From IMG/VR virus record IMGVR_UViG_3300037010_001838: a DNA stretch of 64,000 bases; one strand, 5' to 3'. The notes under the pieces were generated by a model. It was not told the origin of the DNA. It did no database searches and was given only the letters and a program-made list of their open reading frames with translations. Positions 1 to 10,232 of the stretch are shown piece after piece; positions within the stretch are counted from its first letter, which is position 1, and each line of letters starts with the position of its first letter. Source of the DNA: a virus (lineage: Duplodnaviria > Caudoviricetes). Both the position numbers and the translations under genes were made by a program.

Positions 1-38
1 TGGTATAGTGTTCTCACTAAATCAACAAAGGTATCAAA

Positions 39-329
39 ATGTTAGTTAACTCAAGTTGTTTCACCTACGACAAATATGGTAAACAGTTTAGCTCTGAAAT
101 CTCTAGTTTGGGTAAAGGTTTCCGGATGGAACGCGTTTACCCTGACGCTTGTGATGTTGGGTTCACGATGGTAAGTGATAAGACTGGCAAACAAGTTGTC
201 TTTGTCGAAGAAGATGAAGTTCGAGATGTTGATAACGATATACTGTACTGGTTATTCGTTCCAACCAAAAACTCAATTCGACAAAATCCAGAACTGATGG
301 GCGTTACTGTTCTCCTCTTTAATGATTAA
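39..329 (+). CDS. hypothetical protein (early region)
   Basis: 96-aa ORF in a co-oriented string of small genes; no recognisable motif. Confidence 0.6.
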   Translation: MLVNSSCFTYDKYGKQFSSEISSLGKGFRMERVYPDACDVGFTMVSDKTGKQVVFVEEDEVRDVDNDILYWLFVPTKNSIRQNPELMGVTVLLFND

Positions 330-570
330 GGAACCCAAAATGAAACATTTCCCCCAATCTGTTTCACTAGAAACTGCGATTCAAACTCGTATCGCTGAAT
401 CTCGGGCAGCTATGAAGTTAATCGAGATTGAATTGGAACAAGTTGAAGCTACTCTTGAAGAAGAACCGAATAAGTTGAACTGGGCAGATGCCGGTTCCGT
501 GTTCCATGTAACTGAAATTTTGGAAGCTCTTGTTTCTTTTCTCAATTGTAGTATAGAAGTTGACAAATGA
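322..570 (+). CDS. hypothetical protein
   Basis: 82-aa ORF overlapping upstream stop; internal AAGGA Shine-Dalgarno suggests start at second Met. Confidence 0.55.
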   Translation: MIKEPKMKHFPQSVSLETAIQTRIAESRAAMKLIEIELEQVEATLEEEPNKLNWADAGSVFHVTEILEALVSFLNCSIEVDK

Positions 571-618
571 CCCTAATTGTGAGACAATAGTCTTACTGAC
601 TAAACAAACGGAACAAAA

Positions 619-1023
619 ATGACTGCAACACTTGCAAAATATTTGGAAGATCCTTCTTCGAGTATTTTCGCTCGCTGCAACAATTTTTACGATTGGTTCT
701 GTAGTGACAAGGCCCTTGTCGCAAAACAGAAGTCTCTTGATGCGAAGGTTCGCAAGATTGCGAAGTCACCCAAAATTGATGTTGATACAATGTATGTGTG
801 GTACAAGAATAACTGTCCCGTAATGGGTAAGTTATATGACGATATTCGAATCAGTGACGTGATTACTGGTGATGTGATCTACAACATCTGTCCCAAGAAT
901 GGTCACAATTCGAAGATTGGTCTGTCCGAAGTGTATTGTCGGGACAACGGTTTTGAGGCCCCTGTTGTGTCGGGCACCTGGAAAGATGTTCTGAATTATT
1001 TTGAAGTAGGTAGTAAAAAGTAG
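619..1023 (+). CDS. hypothetical phage protein
   Basis: 134-aa ORF with SD (GGAAC); FYDWFC...WYKNNCP pattern recalled from other phage hypotheticals, unverified. Confidence 0.65.
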   Translation: MTATLAKYLEDPSSSIFARCNNFYDWFCSDKALVAKQKSLDAKVRKIAKSPKIDVDTMYVWYKNNCPVMGKLYDDIRISDVITGDVIYNICPKNGHNSKIGLSEVYCRDNGFEAPVVSGTWKDVLNYFEVGSKK

Positions 1024-1052
1024 TTGACGTTGTTTGTGATATAGGGTAAGAT
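1024..1052 (+). promoter_or_regulatory. sigma70-like promoter
   Basis: TTGACG-17 nt-TAAGAT upstream of 1088 ORF. Confidence 0.6.
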
Positions 1053-1087
1053 GTTCTTGTTGTTAACCAAACCGTAAGGAGAATCAA

Positions 1088-1477
1088 ATGTCTAAGAAGA
1101 ATGATTTCGTTGTAAAGTATGTGGCCCTGAAGAGCAATTCGGCTTTCAAGGATGCCAAGCGTGGTCAAGTGGTTGCTGAATTGGCCAAGGAAGTGGGTAT
1201 TTCGGTCGCTTGTGCATCCACCTACCTGTCCAACGTGGCAAGTGGTAAGTGGAAGCTGGACGGTTCCGATGTCAAGGAAAAGGCTGTAAAGGCTCCCAAG
1301 ACGCCCAAGGCCCCTCGTGCCAAGAAGAACGCAATGACTGCTGAAGCTATCGCCGCCATGGACACCAAGACTCTGGTCGCGACCTACAACGGCAAAGCTG
1401 AAAAGCCTGTCAAGAAGTTTACCAACCGTGAAGCTGGTATCAAGCGTGTAATGGGCCTGTTCGGTCTGACTGCCTAA
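1088..1477 (+). CDS. basic Lys/Ala-rich putative DNA-binding protein
   Basis: Strong SD (AAGGAGA); HTH-like segment VAELAKEVGISVACASTYLS; KAPK repeats; codon usage distinct from neighbours. Confidence 0.65.
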   Translation: MSKKNDFVVKYVALKSNSAFKDAKRGQVVAELAKEVGISVACASTYLSNVASGKWKLDGSDVKEKAVKAPKTPKAPRAKKNAMTAEAIAAMDTKTLVATYNGKAEKPVKKFTNREAGIKRVMGLFGLTA

Positions 1478-1488
1478 CCGGTCATCAA

Positions 1489-1512
1489 GAGGGTGATCAT
1501 TCGGTCACCCTC
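1489..1512 (+). terminator. hairpin after 1088 gene, possible terminator
   Basis: GAGGGTGA...TCACCCTC stem, no clear U-tract. Confidence 0.4.
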
Positions 1513-1738
1513 AACTTACCAAAGGATACAGATGAAACAACCTCGCTAAATTACAATCGTATCAACTGTTGTAACCACATTCACATATGATCGATATGAT
1601 AACGATCTTAGTGACGATGCTGTGTGTACATGAACACATACCTATCACAGCGTCGCAATTTACAGATGGAAGTTACTGTGAAGCTCGAAAACTTGAAGTG
1701 GTTGATGGACAATCGGGATTGGTACCAGGAGTTGATTA

Positions 1739-2335
1739 CTAATTGATAAACTGGTTACCTTTGTGTTGGTTCTCCTTTTTGGAGAGAATTTGAAGATTAC
1801 CTTCCCAGTGTAAACCACACACGAGTTTGTGTTGAAGTGGTACGATGTGGTCTACTTGATACATTATTCCAGTTTCTCTTGACATAGAAACAGACTGTTC
1901 ATAAATCACAATCATCTTTCCGATATCCGCCCAATCAACGGAAGCACGTTTTATCTGTGCTCTTCGTTTAGAATTATAGTATTGAAGGAGTGGTTTGTTT
2001 CGCTCTCGCCACAGTTTGTTGAATTGAAGTTTGGTTTCTTTGTGAGTGGTGTAATACCGTTTGTGTGTTTCTTTGGCTGACTGTGGATTATTCTTTCTCC
2101 AATCACGAGTTCCAGTATTCACAACATCTTTATTTTTCTGTTGCCATTTGCCTATAATAGAAAGAGCCTGTTCTTTATTCTTCTCATACCAACTATAATG
2201 TCGAAGCCGAGTACATTCTCCGCAATGCCCAGTTGATGTCAATCGTTGTGAAATGTGACCATATTTGCAAGGTTGACCAGTATAATAATGTTTATGACCC
2301 TGTTCTTTTGCATGTTTACGTGATATTAGTTCCAA
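1739..2335 (-). CDS. HNH (homing) endonuclease
   Basis: C-terminal VDHIVPLQ...GLHWEGNLQILSKKENQHKGN; N-terminal CKYGH...CGEC Zn motif; TTG start at 2335 follows AGGGGA SD. Confidence 0.85.
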   Translation of the reverse strand: MELISRKHAKEQGHKHYYTGQPCKYGHISQRLTSTGHCGECTRLRHYSWYEKNKEQALSIIGKWQQKNKDVVNTGTRDWRKNNPQSAKETHKRYYTTHKETKLQFNKLWRERNKPLLQYYNSKRRAQIKRASVDWADIGKMIVIYEQSVSMSRETGIMYQVDHIVPLQHKLVCGLHWEGNLQILSKKENQHKGNQFIN

Positions 2336-2423
2336 TATAATCCCCTGTTGTCTTTTGGGTAAATCTATGTATAATGTATTTATGACATCACGAAGCAACG
2401 ACCACATTCCTCATGGAGAGATC

Positions 2424-3515
2424 ATGATTGACGAAGCCCCCGTTGAAAATTCGAATGAATTTAACATTGATGAATTTTATGGTGAAAAACAAATTCGCTG
2501 GTATCAAGTTGCTGCTCGCAATGCAGTGGCAGATGCGGTTGAACGTGGCGTTCAACGTATTCTTGTAGTTCTTCCTACTGGTGCTGGTAAAACAATTACT
2601 ATCGCTGCATCTTTGTCTTTCCCTCGCATACGAAAAGCGTTGGGAGTAGAAGGTGATCGTCCTCTTCGTGTGTTATTCGTCGCCCACAAACATCGCCTGC
2701 TTACTCAAGCAGAACAAACTTTCACGAAAGAAAGTAACGTAGAATTGATCCTTCAATCTATGTTTACGGATATTCCGGAAGATGTTCTAAAAAACGGTTG
2801 GGACGTCGCAGTTCTTGACGAAAGCCATCACGAATCTTGCATGTCTATGCAGTACCAACTTGAAAAGGTTGGTGATAAAGTGATTATTGGTTTGACGGCT
2901 ACACCTGACCGAGCTGATGGTTGTTTGATCAAATTTGAAGAGATCATTGAACCAATCTCTCGTCAACAGGCAGTTGAAGAAGGTTTTCTTGCTCCAACCA
3001 AAATCTATTCATTTGTTGACGCTCCTGAAAAGAATAAAACTCGTGTGGTCAAAGACATTCTCGATGGCTACATCCATCTGATGGGTCAGACAATGGTTTT
3101 CATGAGAACGAAGAAAGAAGCCAGTGAGATTCATCATTATATCCAATCTCTCGGTTACAAGTCTGTTTTCGTTGACAGCCAACCCAGTCATGAGCTTGAC
3201 CAGATCCTCGACGACTTTAGTGCAGGTCAATACAACTTCGTGGTCAACTGTTCACGTATAAGTGAGGGGGTTGATGTTAAAAAATGTGAGAGTGTCCTAC
3301 TAGGACGAACGTTTGCAAGTTACCCCCTTCTAAATCAGGTCATTGGAAGAGCAGCAAGACCTGACAGTGATTGCAGGGTATGGGAAATTATCAATCCGCT
3401 ATCGGGTTATAACTTGGAAACAACAGCGATTGTTGGAGAACCTGAAATCCATGTTCTGTCTTACCGCAAAAACGGCAAGTGGTTTGAAGAGCAGTTCGAT
3501 TACACTACTGTGTAA
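2424..3515 (+). CDS. superfamily 2 DNA helicase (DExH, UvsW/Res-like)
   Basis: Walker A LPTGAGKT, DESHH, LTATPDR, motif VI QVIGRAAR; ATG 2424 follows GGAGAG SD. Confidence 0.9.
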   Translation: MIDEAPVENSNEFNIDEFYGEKQIRWYQVAARNAVADAVERGVQRILVVLPTGAGKTITIAASLSFPRIRKALGVEGDRPLRVLFVAHKHRLLTQAEQTFTKESNVELILQSMFTDIPEDVLKNGWDVAVLDESHHESCMSMQYQLEKVGDKVIIGLTATPDRADGCLIKFEEIIEPISRQQAVEEGFLAPTKIYSFVDAPEKNKTRVVKDILDGYIHLMGQTMVFMRTKKEASEIHHYIQSLGYKSVFVDSQPSHELDQILDDFSAGQYNFVVNCSRISEGVDVKKCESVLLGRTFASYPLLNQVIGRAARPDSDCRVWEIINPLSGYNLETTAIVGEPEIHVLSYRKNGKWFEEQFDYTTV

Positions 3516-3830
3516 AAGTAAACCTGGATTAAACACTCCTGTAGGTATAATGCTTATGGAGCGAAACGAAGAGCAACACTGAAGGTTGGGTTGAAATAAA
3601 CGAAATTCAATCATTATGTGAACTATGCACTCAACTTTCAGTTCAAACAAATACACCATATGGAGTTGACCACATCGAACCACTAAACAGTAATGAAGTG
3701 TGCGGCTTACATTGTATGTCCAATTTACGGATAATACCTCGAACGGAAAACCGCTAAAAAGGTAACAGTCGTGTTGACATTCAGGGTAAAATATGAGACA
3801 ATGTCTCTGTTAAAACGTAAGGAGTAATAA

Positions 3831-4499
3831 ATGTCTCGAATTGGTGATATCCGTGCAGTAATCGTTGCTCATGGTGGTAACCCCAACTTCACGTATTATG
3901 CAGATGGTCCATCTTCCAACATGCGTGGACATAAAGGTACCCGCCCACGAACCAAGAATGTTGTATACAAAATTGAACGATATTCCGATGGACTGACTCA
4001 CAAAAAACGGGAAAAATGTATTCCTGATTTGATGAAAATTCCTGGTGTTGAAAAGGTCTACATTTCCAAACAACTCAAGCCAGCATATACCGACTATATG
4101 GTTGGTGGACACTTGAAAATTGTATTCAGTAGTGTTGCATCAGTAATTCCAAAAAGTGCTCCAAATATTCCAGTGGTCACTCCTACTGTCATGCCAACGC
4201 AAACAACTAGTGACCTCTCGAACTTTGTAAAAGTGTTTGGAACATTCAAAGCTGAATCTGCTTTTGCAAAATTCGCGATTGAAATGATGGCAGAATCTGT
4301 TGTTTTGATGTGCGAAGATGACCCAACTCAACCAATCCCTAACTCACAAGATGTGGCAAATATGGCAAAGGACTACGCAAACGATATAATAGAAGATTTT
4401 CGTGTTGGTGTTCTTGAACAGATTGATGAACTAATTCTCGAAAATCCAGTGAAATTCGAAGCAAAACGAACAATCAAGATGCACATTAATTTCGACTAA
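3831..4499 (+). CDS. hypothetical protein
   Basis: 222-aa ORF with AAGGAG SD and upstream TTGACA-17-GACAAT promoter (3774-3802). Confidence 0.75.
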   Translation: MSRIGDIRAVIVAHGGNPNFTYYADGPSSNMRGHKGTRPRTKNVVYKIERYSDGLTHKKREKCIPDLMKIPGVEKVYISKQLKPAYTDYMVGGHLKIVFSSVASVIPKSAPNIPVVTPTVMPTQTTSDLSNFVKVFGTFKAESAFAKFAIEMMAESVVLMCEDDPTQPIPNSQDVANMAKDYANDIIEDFRVGVLEQIDELILENPVKFEAKRTIKMHINFD

Positions 4500-4536
4500 A
4501 GGTCCACGAAAGACCATGTTTTGAGGGGAAAAGTAG

Positions 4537-4565
4537 TTGACTTTCCCCTCATTTTCATTTATAAT
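4537..4565 (+). promoter_or_regulatory. sigma70-like promoter
   Basis: TTGACT-17 nt-TATAAT. Confidence 0.75.
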
Positions 4566-4600
4566 GGTTGTGTTCTGTCAATCAGCACATGGAGAAGTAA

Positions 4601-5752
4601 ATGATTCTACCTTTTGATCATTCAAAAGTTCGGTTCCAAAATGTAAAAATCAAACGTGTGTCCACAGCTCTTGGTGGTTCAATGTCCATCCTCGATGAGA
4701 AGGTGTTTGCTGATACTGGCAAAGAGAAATTCATCAAAATTGATATTCCTTTATCTCTTGCTCGTATGTTCAAAGTGAAATATGGAATGTCCCAGTTCTT
4801 CATCCCACATGAAGGTCTAATCATGTGGTACGGTGACAAAGTTATAACGATCGAAAAAGCCAACGAAAACAGTCGGGTAATTGAATCTATTGATGGAACT
4901 GAACGTGTTTGGACTTCAAACACGGAAATTCATTTTCGTAATGCAGTCAGTACTTTCTTTGATAATTCCAATGTTGATTGGCTCTTTGATGGACTATACG
5001 TCTATAACTTTGGAGTACATTGGGACAACCAAACAATGCTTGATTTGGTAAAGTCAAGTAAACAGATTGATGAACATGGACTATTTCGTTCAGTTCCTTG
5101 TGAAGCGATTCATTTCACTTATCTGAATTTCAAACCTGCAGAACAAGAAAGTCGTGCGTGTGTTGCAATTCTTCCGAATTTGGACACATTCAGTATCTCT
5201 GCTCCAATATGGAAGACGCTTGGAACTGAAAATGCACGAATCTTGCATTCATCAGACGTGGAGTCAGATAGTGGAAAACCAGCATCTTTGGTTTCATCTC
5301 TGAAAGGTGTTGACAAACAAATTGCTGTTAATTTGAACTTTGCTCTTCGGTCAGCAAAAGAACTCACTGATCAATTTGGTTACGAGAGTATTCAACCACT
5401 CCAACTTCCAAAAATGATGATTCAACTGAAGACAGTGAACATTCCAAGACTTCCGAAAGAGGTCAAGGCAACAACTGATATTGGTTTGAAATTCACACAT
5501 GCACTGTCGTGGTTATTGGGAATGCAGTACAATGCTACCACTCCTAATCAAATCTTTGCTCTTCGTCAGATTATCAAGTACTTGATGTCGAAAGGTCATT
5601 TTTGGAAAGACAAAACAAAACGGAAATCGATTATCCGTGATACATCCAAAATTGCAATTCCCCTACTGTCAGTTCAAGAATTGGAGACGAGATATAATGA
5701 AAGTTTCGTTGTGAGTTCCCCAAAGATAGTAGATAATGTCTCTGTTGTGTAG
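4601..5752 (+). CDS. hypothetical protein
   Basis: 383-aa ORF with GGAG SD; no motif recognised. Confidence 0.75.
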   Translation: MILPFDHSKVRFQNVKIKRVSTALGGSMSILDEKVFADTGKEKFIKIDIPLSLARMFKVKYGMSQFFIPHEGLIMWYGDKVITIEKANENSRVIESIDGTERVWTSNTEIHFRNAVSTFFDNSNVDWLFDGLYVYNFGVHWDNQTMLDLVKSSKQIDEHGLFRSVPCEAIHFTYLNFKPAEQESRACVAILPNLDTFSISAPIWKTLGTENARILHSSDVESDSGKPASLVSSLKGVDKQIAVNLNFALRSAKELTDQFGYESIQPLQLPKMMIQLKTVNIPRLPKEVKATTDIGLKFTHALSWLLGMQYNATTPNQIFALRQIIKYLMSKGHFWKDKTKRKSIIRDTSKIAIPLLSVQELETRYNESFVVSSPKIVDNVSVV

Positions 5753-5806
5753 ATCACAACAAACGCATCAAAACTTTACTAATCCTTTGAAACGAAAGGT
5801 CACAAA

Positions 5807-6919
5807 ATGCAACTCGAACAACGTGTTCTTACCCCCAAACAACATCAACCTCTCGAGGTGAATGATTGGGCAGTAGTTCAAGCCCAAAAAGTTGAAATCT
5901 CTGAACTGAAGTCCGAAAAAAAGACTTCTGCAATAATCTCCATCAATGACGGTGAAATCATTCATCAATTCAAACCAACGTCACGTGTATCTCAATCACT
6001 CTCTTTTACTCCTCCAGAAGCTTTGGCTAAACGAATGGTCGGTGGAAAATTCTTCACCATCAACAACACACTCGTTGATTTCCGTGATGGATCGTACAAC
6101 GGTTTTATTCAAGATAACACTGCGATCCAACAACTGATTGATACAATCGGTGTTGCTAAAGTCAATCCTTTGGCTCGGGCAATCAAAGTTGATACCACTC
6201 AAAGTGATATTTTGTTGTCCAATCCATGGGGTGAACAAACTCTCGACATCACCGAGTATCAACAAGGTGGATTATTCACGTCACAGTTGAGTTACAGCTG
6301 GTCTCCGTTCAGTCAACATATTCGTGGTGTATTTGAACTGATTCGCCAGATCTGCACGAACGGTATGGTTGGTCTTACTGAATTCTTTAACGCAAAAATT
6401 CCTATGATCAATCGATGGGAAGAACATATGGACATCTCGTACACCCAGATCCAAAACAAAGTCCAGAGTCGTGTCAAAGCTCGGATTCTTGAAATGGGTC
6501 GAGAACGTGCAACAGTTGGTGAGTTACTTGCTATCACCGACCACGCCAATCTTCGGATTAAACAGATGCACGACATACATCCAGATGAACTTCATCGTCT
6601 TCGTACAATCAGTAACATCGCTAATCCACAGATCCATTTGGCTGATATCTATCTTCCAAACGTGTTTGATGATCGTTCAGTTGCACAACGAGTTGTCGGT
6701 CACTTGTCATCTTTTGATGCTTGGAATTTGGTGACTGAAATGTATTCACACACGACCGCATCGACCAACTCTTCCGACATTGGTCTTCAACGGATGGCAA
6801 ATGCATTTTTGCTTGAAGGTGAACAACGTAATAAGAGGCTGTTACATGTTGAACGTGATACTCGTGTTCCAAATGCATTTCTGGACCCAACTCAAGCGTT
6901 TTATGGTGTAATGCAGTAA
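5807..6919 (+). CDS. DUF932-like protein
   Basis: 370-aa ORF; RQICTNGMVG resembles the R-x-x-C-x-NG signature of DUF932. Confidence 0.5.
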   Translation: MQLEQRVLTPKQHQPLEVNDWAVVQAQKVEISELKSEKKTSAIISINDGEIIHQFKPTSRVSQSLSFTPPEALAKRMVGGKFFTINNTLVDFRDGSYNGFIQDNTAIQQLIDTIGVAKVNPLARAIKVDTTQSDILLSNPWGEQTLDITEYQQGGLFTSQLSYSWSPFSQHIRGVFELIRQICTNGMVGLTEFFNAKIPMINRWEEHMDISYTQIQNKVQSRVKARILEMGRERATVGELLAITDHANLRIKQMHDIHPDELHRLRTISNIANPQIHLADIYLPNVFDDRSVAQRVVGHLSSFDAWNLVTEMYSHTTASTNSSDIGLQRMANAFLLEGEQRNKRLLHVERDTRVPNAFLDPTQAFYGVMQ

Positions 6920-6938
6920 ACAACAAGGGTGAAGAGGG

Positions 6939-6967
6939 TTGACTTCTTCACCCTTTTGGTATACAAT
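6939..6967 (+). promoter_or_regulatory. sigma70-like promoter
   Basis: TTGACT-17 nt-TACAAT. Confidence 0.65.
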
Positions 6968-6992
6968 ACATTATACCGTTGAAGGAGTTGAA

Positions 6993-7298
6993 ATGACACA
7001 GTTTGCTGTTAGTGATTCGATTATTCGGTTATTATCGAATCTACATTTCGTAAGCGCGTACGCGAATTCTGATGAAACATTGGAACATTACAAACCCAAC
7101 CAGAATACAGTGATCATGTTTGGGACAGAATATGTTGATGCAGTCAGCCTAGCTGACATCATTGATCCAAGATGTGACCCTGAAGATCGTGGTTTGTATT
7201 TAATATTCAAACTTCGTGGATTGGAAGATGCTGATTGGATTTCATTCAACAATTTCAACTCCAAAATGTTTAGTGTTTATAAAAAGGATCTATCATGA
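6993..7298 (+). CDS. hypothetical protein
   Basis: ATG after AAGGAG SD within 6939 ORF. Confidence 0.6.
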   Translation: MTQFAVSDSIIRLLSNLHFVSAYANSDETLEHYKPNQNTVIMFGTEYVDAVSLADIIDPRCDPEDRGLYLIFKLRGLEDADWISFNNFNSKMFSVYKKDLS

Positions 7299-7492
7299 AA
7301 GACCAACAAATGACTCAACAGATTTTTGACAATGGTGATTCAACACCTGAATTCACCAATAATGAAATTCAACAACTGATGTTTACAGCAGAAGCTTTGA
7401 CAACTTTCTATGATGATCTCATCGTAAGGTCCACCAAAGATTTCAACTTCTTTATTGCACCTCCGACAAACTTCTCATATGGGGTCAACTGA
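7295..7492 (+). CDS. hypothetical protein
   Basis: ATGA overlap with upstream gene. Confidence 0.55.
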   Translation: MKDQQMTQQIFDNGDSTPEFTNNEIQQLMFTAEALTTFYDDLIVRSTKDFNFFIAPPTNFSYGVN

Positions 7493-7746
7493 TGTACAAA
7501 GTAAGCATCGTCGATAAGAAGACCAAATTAATATACGAAGGGTCAGAGAAGACCTTTGATTCCTTCGATGACGCATCAACTGATGCTTTGACAAGATTTG
7601 CACTAAATTTCGGATACGATGTTAATGCGACGTTTGAGTTCATAGACTCTTATACTTCCCCACTCGAAATCTCCAGCGTTGAACTTTTCCCCAAATTCGG
7701 GGATGATGGGGTATTCCTTTTTAAAGATACAGAAGTGATACACTAA
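7492..7746 (+). CDS. hypothetical protein
   Basis: TGATG translational coupling. Confidence 0.55.
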   Translation: MYKVSIVDKKTKLIYEGSEKTFDSFDDASTDALTRFALNFGYDVNATFEFIDSYTSPLEISSVELFPKFGDDGVFLFKDTEVIH

Positions 7747-7747
7747 A

Positions 7748-7957
7748 ATGCGAATGACCAATTACGCTCATATGGAAAAACCGAATCCATACAACGTTCG
7801 GATGTATATTCCATCAATGAACGCCGAACTCAATTACACCCAATACTGCAAACTTGTTAGAACAATGGGTCTCATTAAAGATCCAGCGAATCTATTCTTC
7901 ATCGGGGGATGGCCTGTTTATAATCTTCCTGATGGTACTATTTTTCAATGTGAATAA
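7748..7957 (+). CDS. hypothetical protein
   Basis: Tightly packed ORF in operon. Confidence 0.5.
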   Translation: MRMTNYAHMEKPNPYNVRMYIPSMNAELNYTQYCKLVRTMGLIKDPANLFFIGGWPVYNLPDGTIFQCE

Positions 7958-7971
7958 GGAAAGGAAGTAAA

Positions 7972-8178
7972 ATGAACAATTCTTTTGTAAATCTCAATAT
8001 GTATCCCCTTTACAAGGTAACGATGATTAAGATGGGGGCATGCACAGAAGGACCAACTCAAATTACTGAATACATTCGAGCTTCAGGTATCGGTAACGTA
8101 GCTGAAGAAGCTAAACGCCGCCACCCCGGATATTTACCTTCAGGTCGATACGACAAGATTGACGACGGTATTCGTTAA
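7972..8178 (+). CDS. hypothetical protein
   Basis: AAGGAA SD; followed by terminator. Confidence 0.55.
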   Translation: MNNSFVNLNMYPLYKVTMIKMGACTEGPTQITEYIRASGIGNVAEEAKRRHPGYLPSGRYDKIDDGIR

Positions 8179-8199
8179 CAATCCAAACATTCAACACAC

Positions 8200-8230
8200 A
8201 AAGCCTGGAACTCCCAGGCTTTTTCTTTTT
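8200..8230 (+). terminator. rho-independent terminator
   Basis: AAGCCTGG-AACTC-CCAGGCTT followed by T-tract. Confidence 0.85.
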
Positions 8231-8301
8231 CTTTTTCTGTCGTATGTTAGGGTCAAATGTGGTATAGTGTTCACACTTACTGCTCAAACGGATAAAATCA
8301 A

Positions 8302-8586
8302 ATGAATTCAATTAACCTTATCGAGATTGCTGAAGAGATATCATATGATGAAATGGCAGAATTACTTGCGCGGTTTATCCTGAATGAAGAGCAGTCCTTT
8401 GCGAAGCAGATGATCGGTTCTTCAGACGATACTACAAAAATGATATATCGGAAGGTGTTATCAAATTCAAGCCAATTGGGTCTCGAAGCAGAGGATTTAC
8501 TGCGTGATGTATATTCAAAGAATTTTCTTGAAACTGTAAAAATAACGATTGGATCTGTTGCCGAAGAATACGTAAGGGATGTATAG
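8302..8586 (+). CDS. hypothetical protein
   Basis: 94-aa ORF after promoter-like region. Confidence 0.6.
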   Translation: MNSINLIEIAEEISYDEMAELLARFILNEEQSFAKQMIGSSDDTTKMIYRKVLSNSSQLGLEAEDLLRDVYSKNFLETVKITIGSVAEEYVRDV

Positions 8587-8720
8587 TCTCTTTAGCGTTT
8601 GTGTTCAGACGACATAACAGGTCAGGACTACTATAAACATCACAGTAGAAGCGATTGGGTTGCTCGTACCGCAGCACAAACCTTTATAGGGTCCTGCAAT
8701 GGGGCCCTCTTTTTTATCTG

Positions 8721-8784
8721 TTGTCTTTAGGGTAACAAAAAGGTATAATACTTACATGACATCAGGGGTCAGTGGGGAGGTATA
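8721..8784 (+). repeat. duplicated promoter/leader cassette, copy 1
   Basis: TTGTCT-17-TATAAT then ATAATACTTACATGACATCAGGGGTCAGT(G/A)GGGAGGTATA, repeated at 10257-10296. Confidence 0.8.
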
Positions 8785-8795
8785 GAACAAACGTT

Positions 8796-8861
8796 TTAGG
8801 CCAACCTACCAGGTCAACAGTTGATCTTATTAGGCCAACCTACCAAGTCAACGGTTGATCT
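8796..8861 (+). repeat. tandem duplication of about 34 bp
   Basis: TTAGGCCAACCTACCA(G/A)GTCAAC(A/G)GTTGATCT twice. Confidence 0.85.
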
Positions 8862-8910
8862 CATGTCACATTTGTGAGATAATGTTCACATCAAGTTAAG
8901 GAGAACGTAG

Positions 8911-9249
8911 ATGTCATTTCATATTATGAATTCAGATTTATTTGAATTTGGTTGTTCACCAAGAGCACTGAATATGTATGGTTTCAATATTTCCTCAACG
9001 CTTCTCTCATCAGAAGCCAGTGACAATATATTCTTCAGTAAGACCAAATGTTTGAACTTTATGATTCGTACGATGGAAATTCTCCAACAGGAAATTCTCC
9101 AACAATCGAGTGAAGAATCAACTATCATCTACCAACGTCCTGTTAATAGACTCCCTGTTGTTACATGTATGAACAACGAGAACGTTCCGCTATACACATT
9201 CAGTATGATCAAATTCACAACCCAAGATAGCCCATCGGAGGAACTCTAA
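8911..9249 (+). CDS. hypothetical protein
   Basis: AAGGAG SD, 112 aa. Confidence 0.6.
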   Translation: MSFHIMNSDLFEFGCSPRALNMYGFNISSTLLSSEASDNIFFSKTKCLNFMIRTMEILQQEILQQSSEESTIIYQRPVNRLPVVTCMNNENVPLYTFSMIKFTTQDSPSEEL

Positions 9250-9545
9250 TGTCTTTTATAATCTACAACACAACAAATTTTTCTCTTTATCGGCCCAATT
9301 ATTCTGCAAAGACGTATTCAACAGAACGTAGCGCAAAGGGGGCTCTAACGAAGCTCATCAAACAACAAGAAGAGAATCAATGGTTCATTCCAGAACATTG
9401 GGCCGTAACCACATATGACCACTTCCGATCTATTGAACCAATGGTCGAAGTTAAAAGTTTAATGACCGGGGCACCTGTTCAAATTAGAGCATCAGATGTT
9501 GATTCATGTGTTGACCCATCCACGGAACGATTTTGGAGTATGTAA
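9249..9545 (+). CDS. hypothetical protein
   Basis: TAATG coupling, 98 aa. Confidence 0.65.
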   Translation: MSFIIYNTTNFSLYRPNYSAKTYSTERSAKGALTKLIKQQEENQWFIPEHWAVTTYDHFRSIEPMVEVKSLMTGAPVQIRASDVDSCVDPSTERFWSM

Positions 9546-9549
9546 TTTT

Positions 9550-9595
9550 ACTCTACACCGGTCTCAAACTAAACAAACTCCACTATTCATGCGGA
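9550..9595 (+). repeat. 46-bp perfect direct repeat, copy 1
   Basis: ACTCTACACCGGTCTCAAACTAAACAAACTCCACTATTCATGCGGA identical at 9918-9963. Confidence 0.95.
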
Positions 9596-9649
9596 TCATT
9601 AAAAACGAAAATCGGTCGACTTTCTTCAGTAATTGGGTATAATAGTCTT

Positions 9650-9907
9650 TAGTGAGTTGAGTGGTGGGTATTCACTGATAGGTAAAGGGTTCGAGTACTC
9701 GCTTCGTTAATATGCCAAGTGGTGTAATAGTAAGCACACCTTTCGGCCGCGTTGCTCGTGGTGTTGAGAGGCCGGGAGACGGTTCCAGAATTTCGGACGG
9801 CGCTATGAAAATAGAGGTGTAAGTGGGCGGACGTCCATGAGAGAGAAGCCGTATGACAGAGAATAGAGCTTGGGGCAGGTGTCCACCTTCCCAGGCTCTT
9901 TCTTTTT
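9650..9907 (+). ncRNA. candidate small RNA with own promoter and terminator
   Basis: TCGACT-16-TATAAT (9616-9643); GC-richer non-coding body; terminator AGAGCTTGGG/CCCAGGCTCT plus T-tract (9865-9907). Confidence 0.5.
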
Positions 9908-9917
9908 GTAAAAATCG

Positions 9918-9963
9918 ACTCTACACCGGTCTCAAACTAAACAAACTCCACTATTCATGCGGA
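9918..9963 (+). repeat. 46-bp perfect direct repeat, copy 2
   Basis: Identical to 9550-9595. Confidence 0.95.
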
Positions 9964-10232
9964 ATTGAAAAATTCAAAGTCCTAATAGGGTCACAACTTT
10001 ACAACACATCTTTTACCCTATTACAAAAAGTTCGTAAAAAAATCTCCTGTATAATCAACTAACTACGTTCCAATTTTTTCAACAATCTCTTTATAATCAA
10101 AGAGTTATGATTTCATTTTTTCATGGAAAAACACCAAATTATTTTTCCTTCAATTCTTACTAAAAATAAATATTGTTTATAATCAAAGAGTTACAACGGG
10201 AATCCAAATGTATACCTTTGGTGAACTTTTTG

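Noticed and set aside
9853-10062. 69-aa ORF
   Set aside because: It spans a terminator and a direct repeat; better explained as non-coding.
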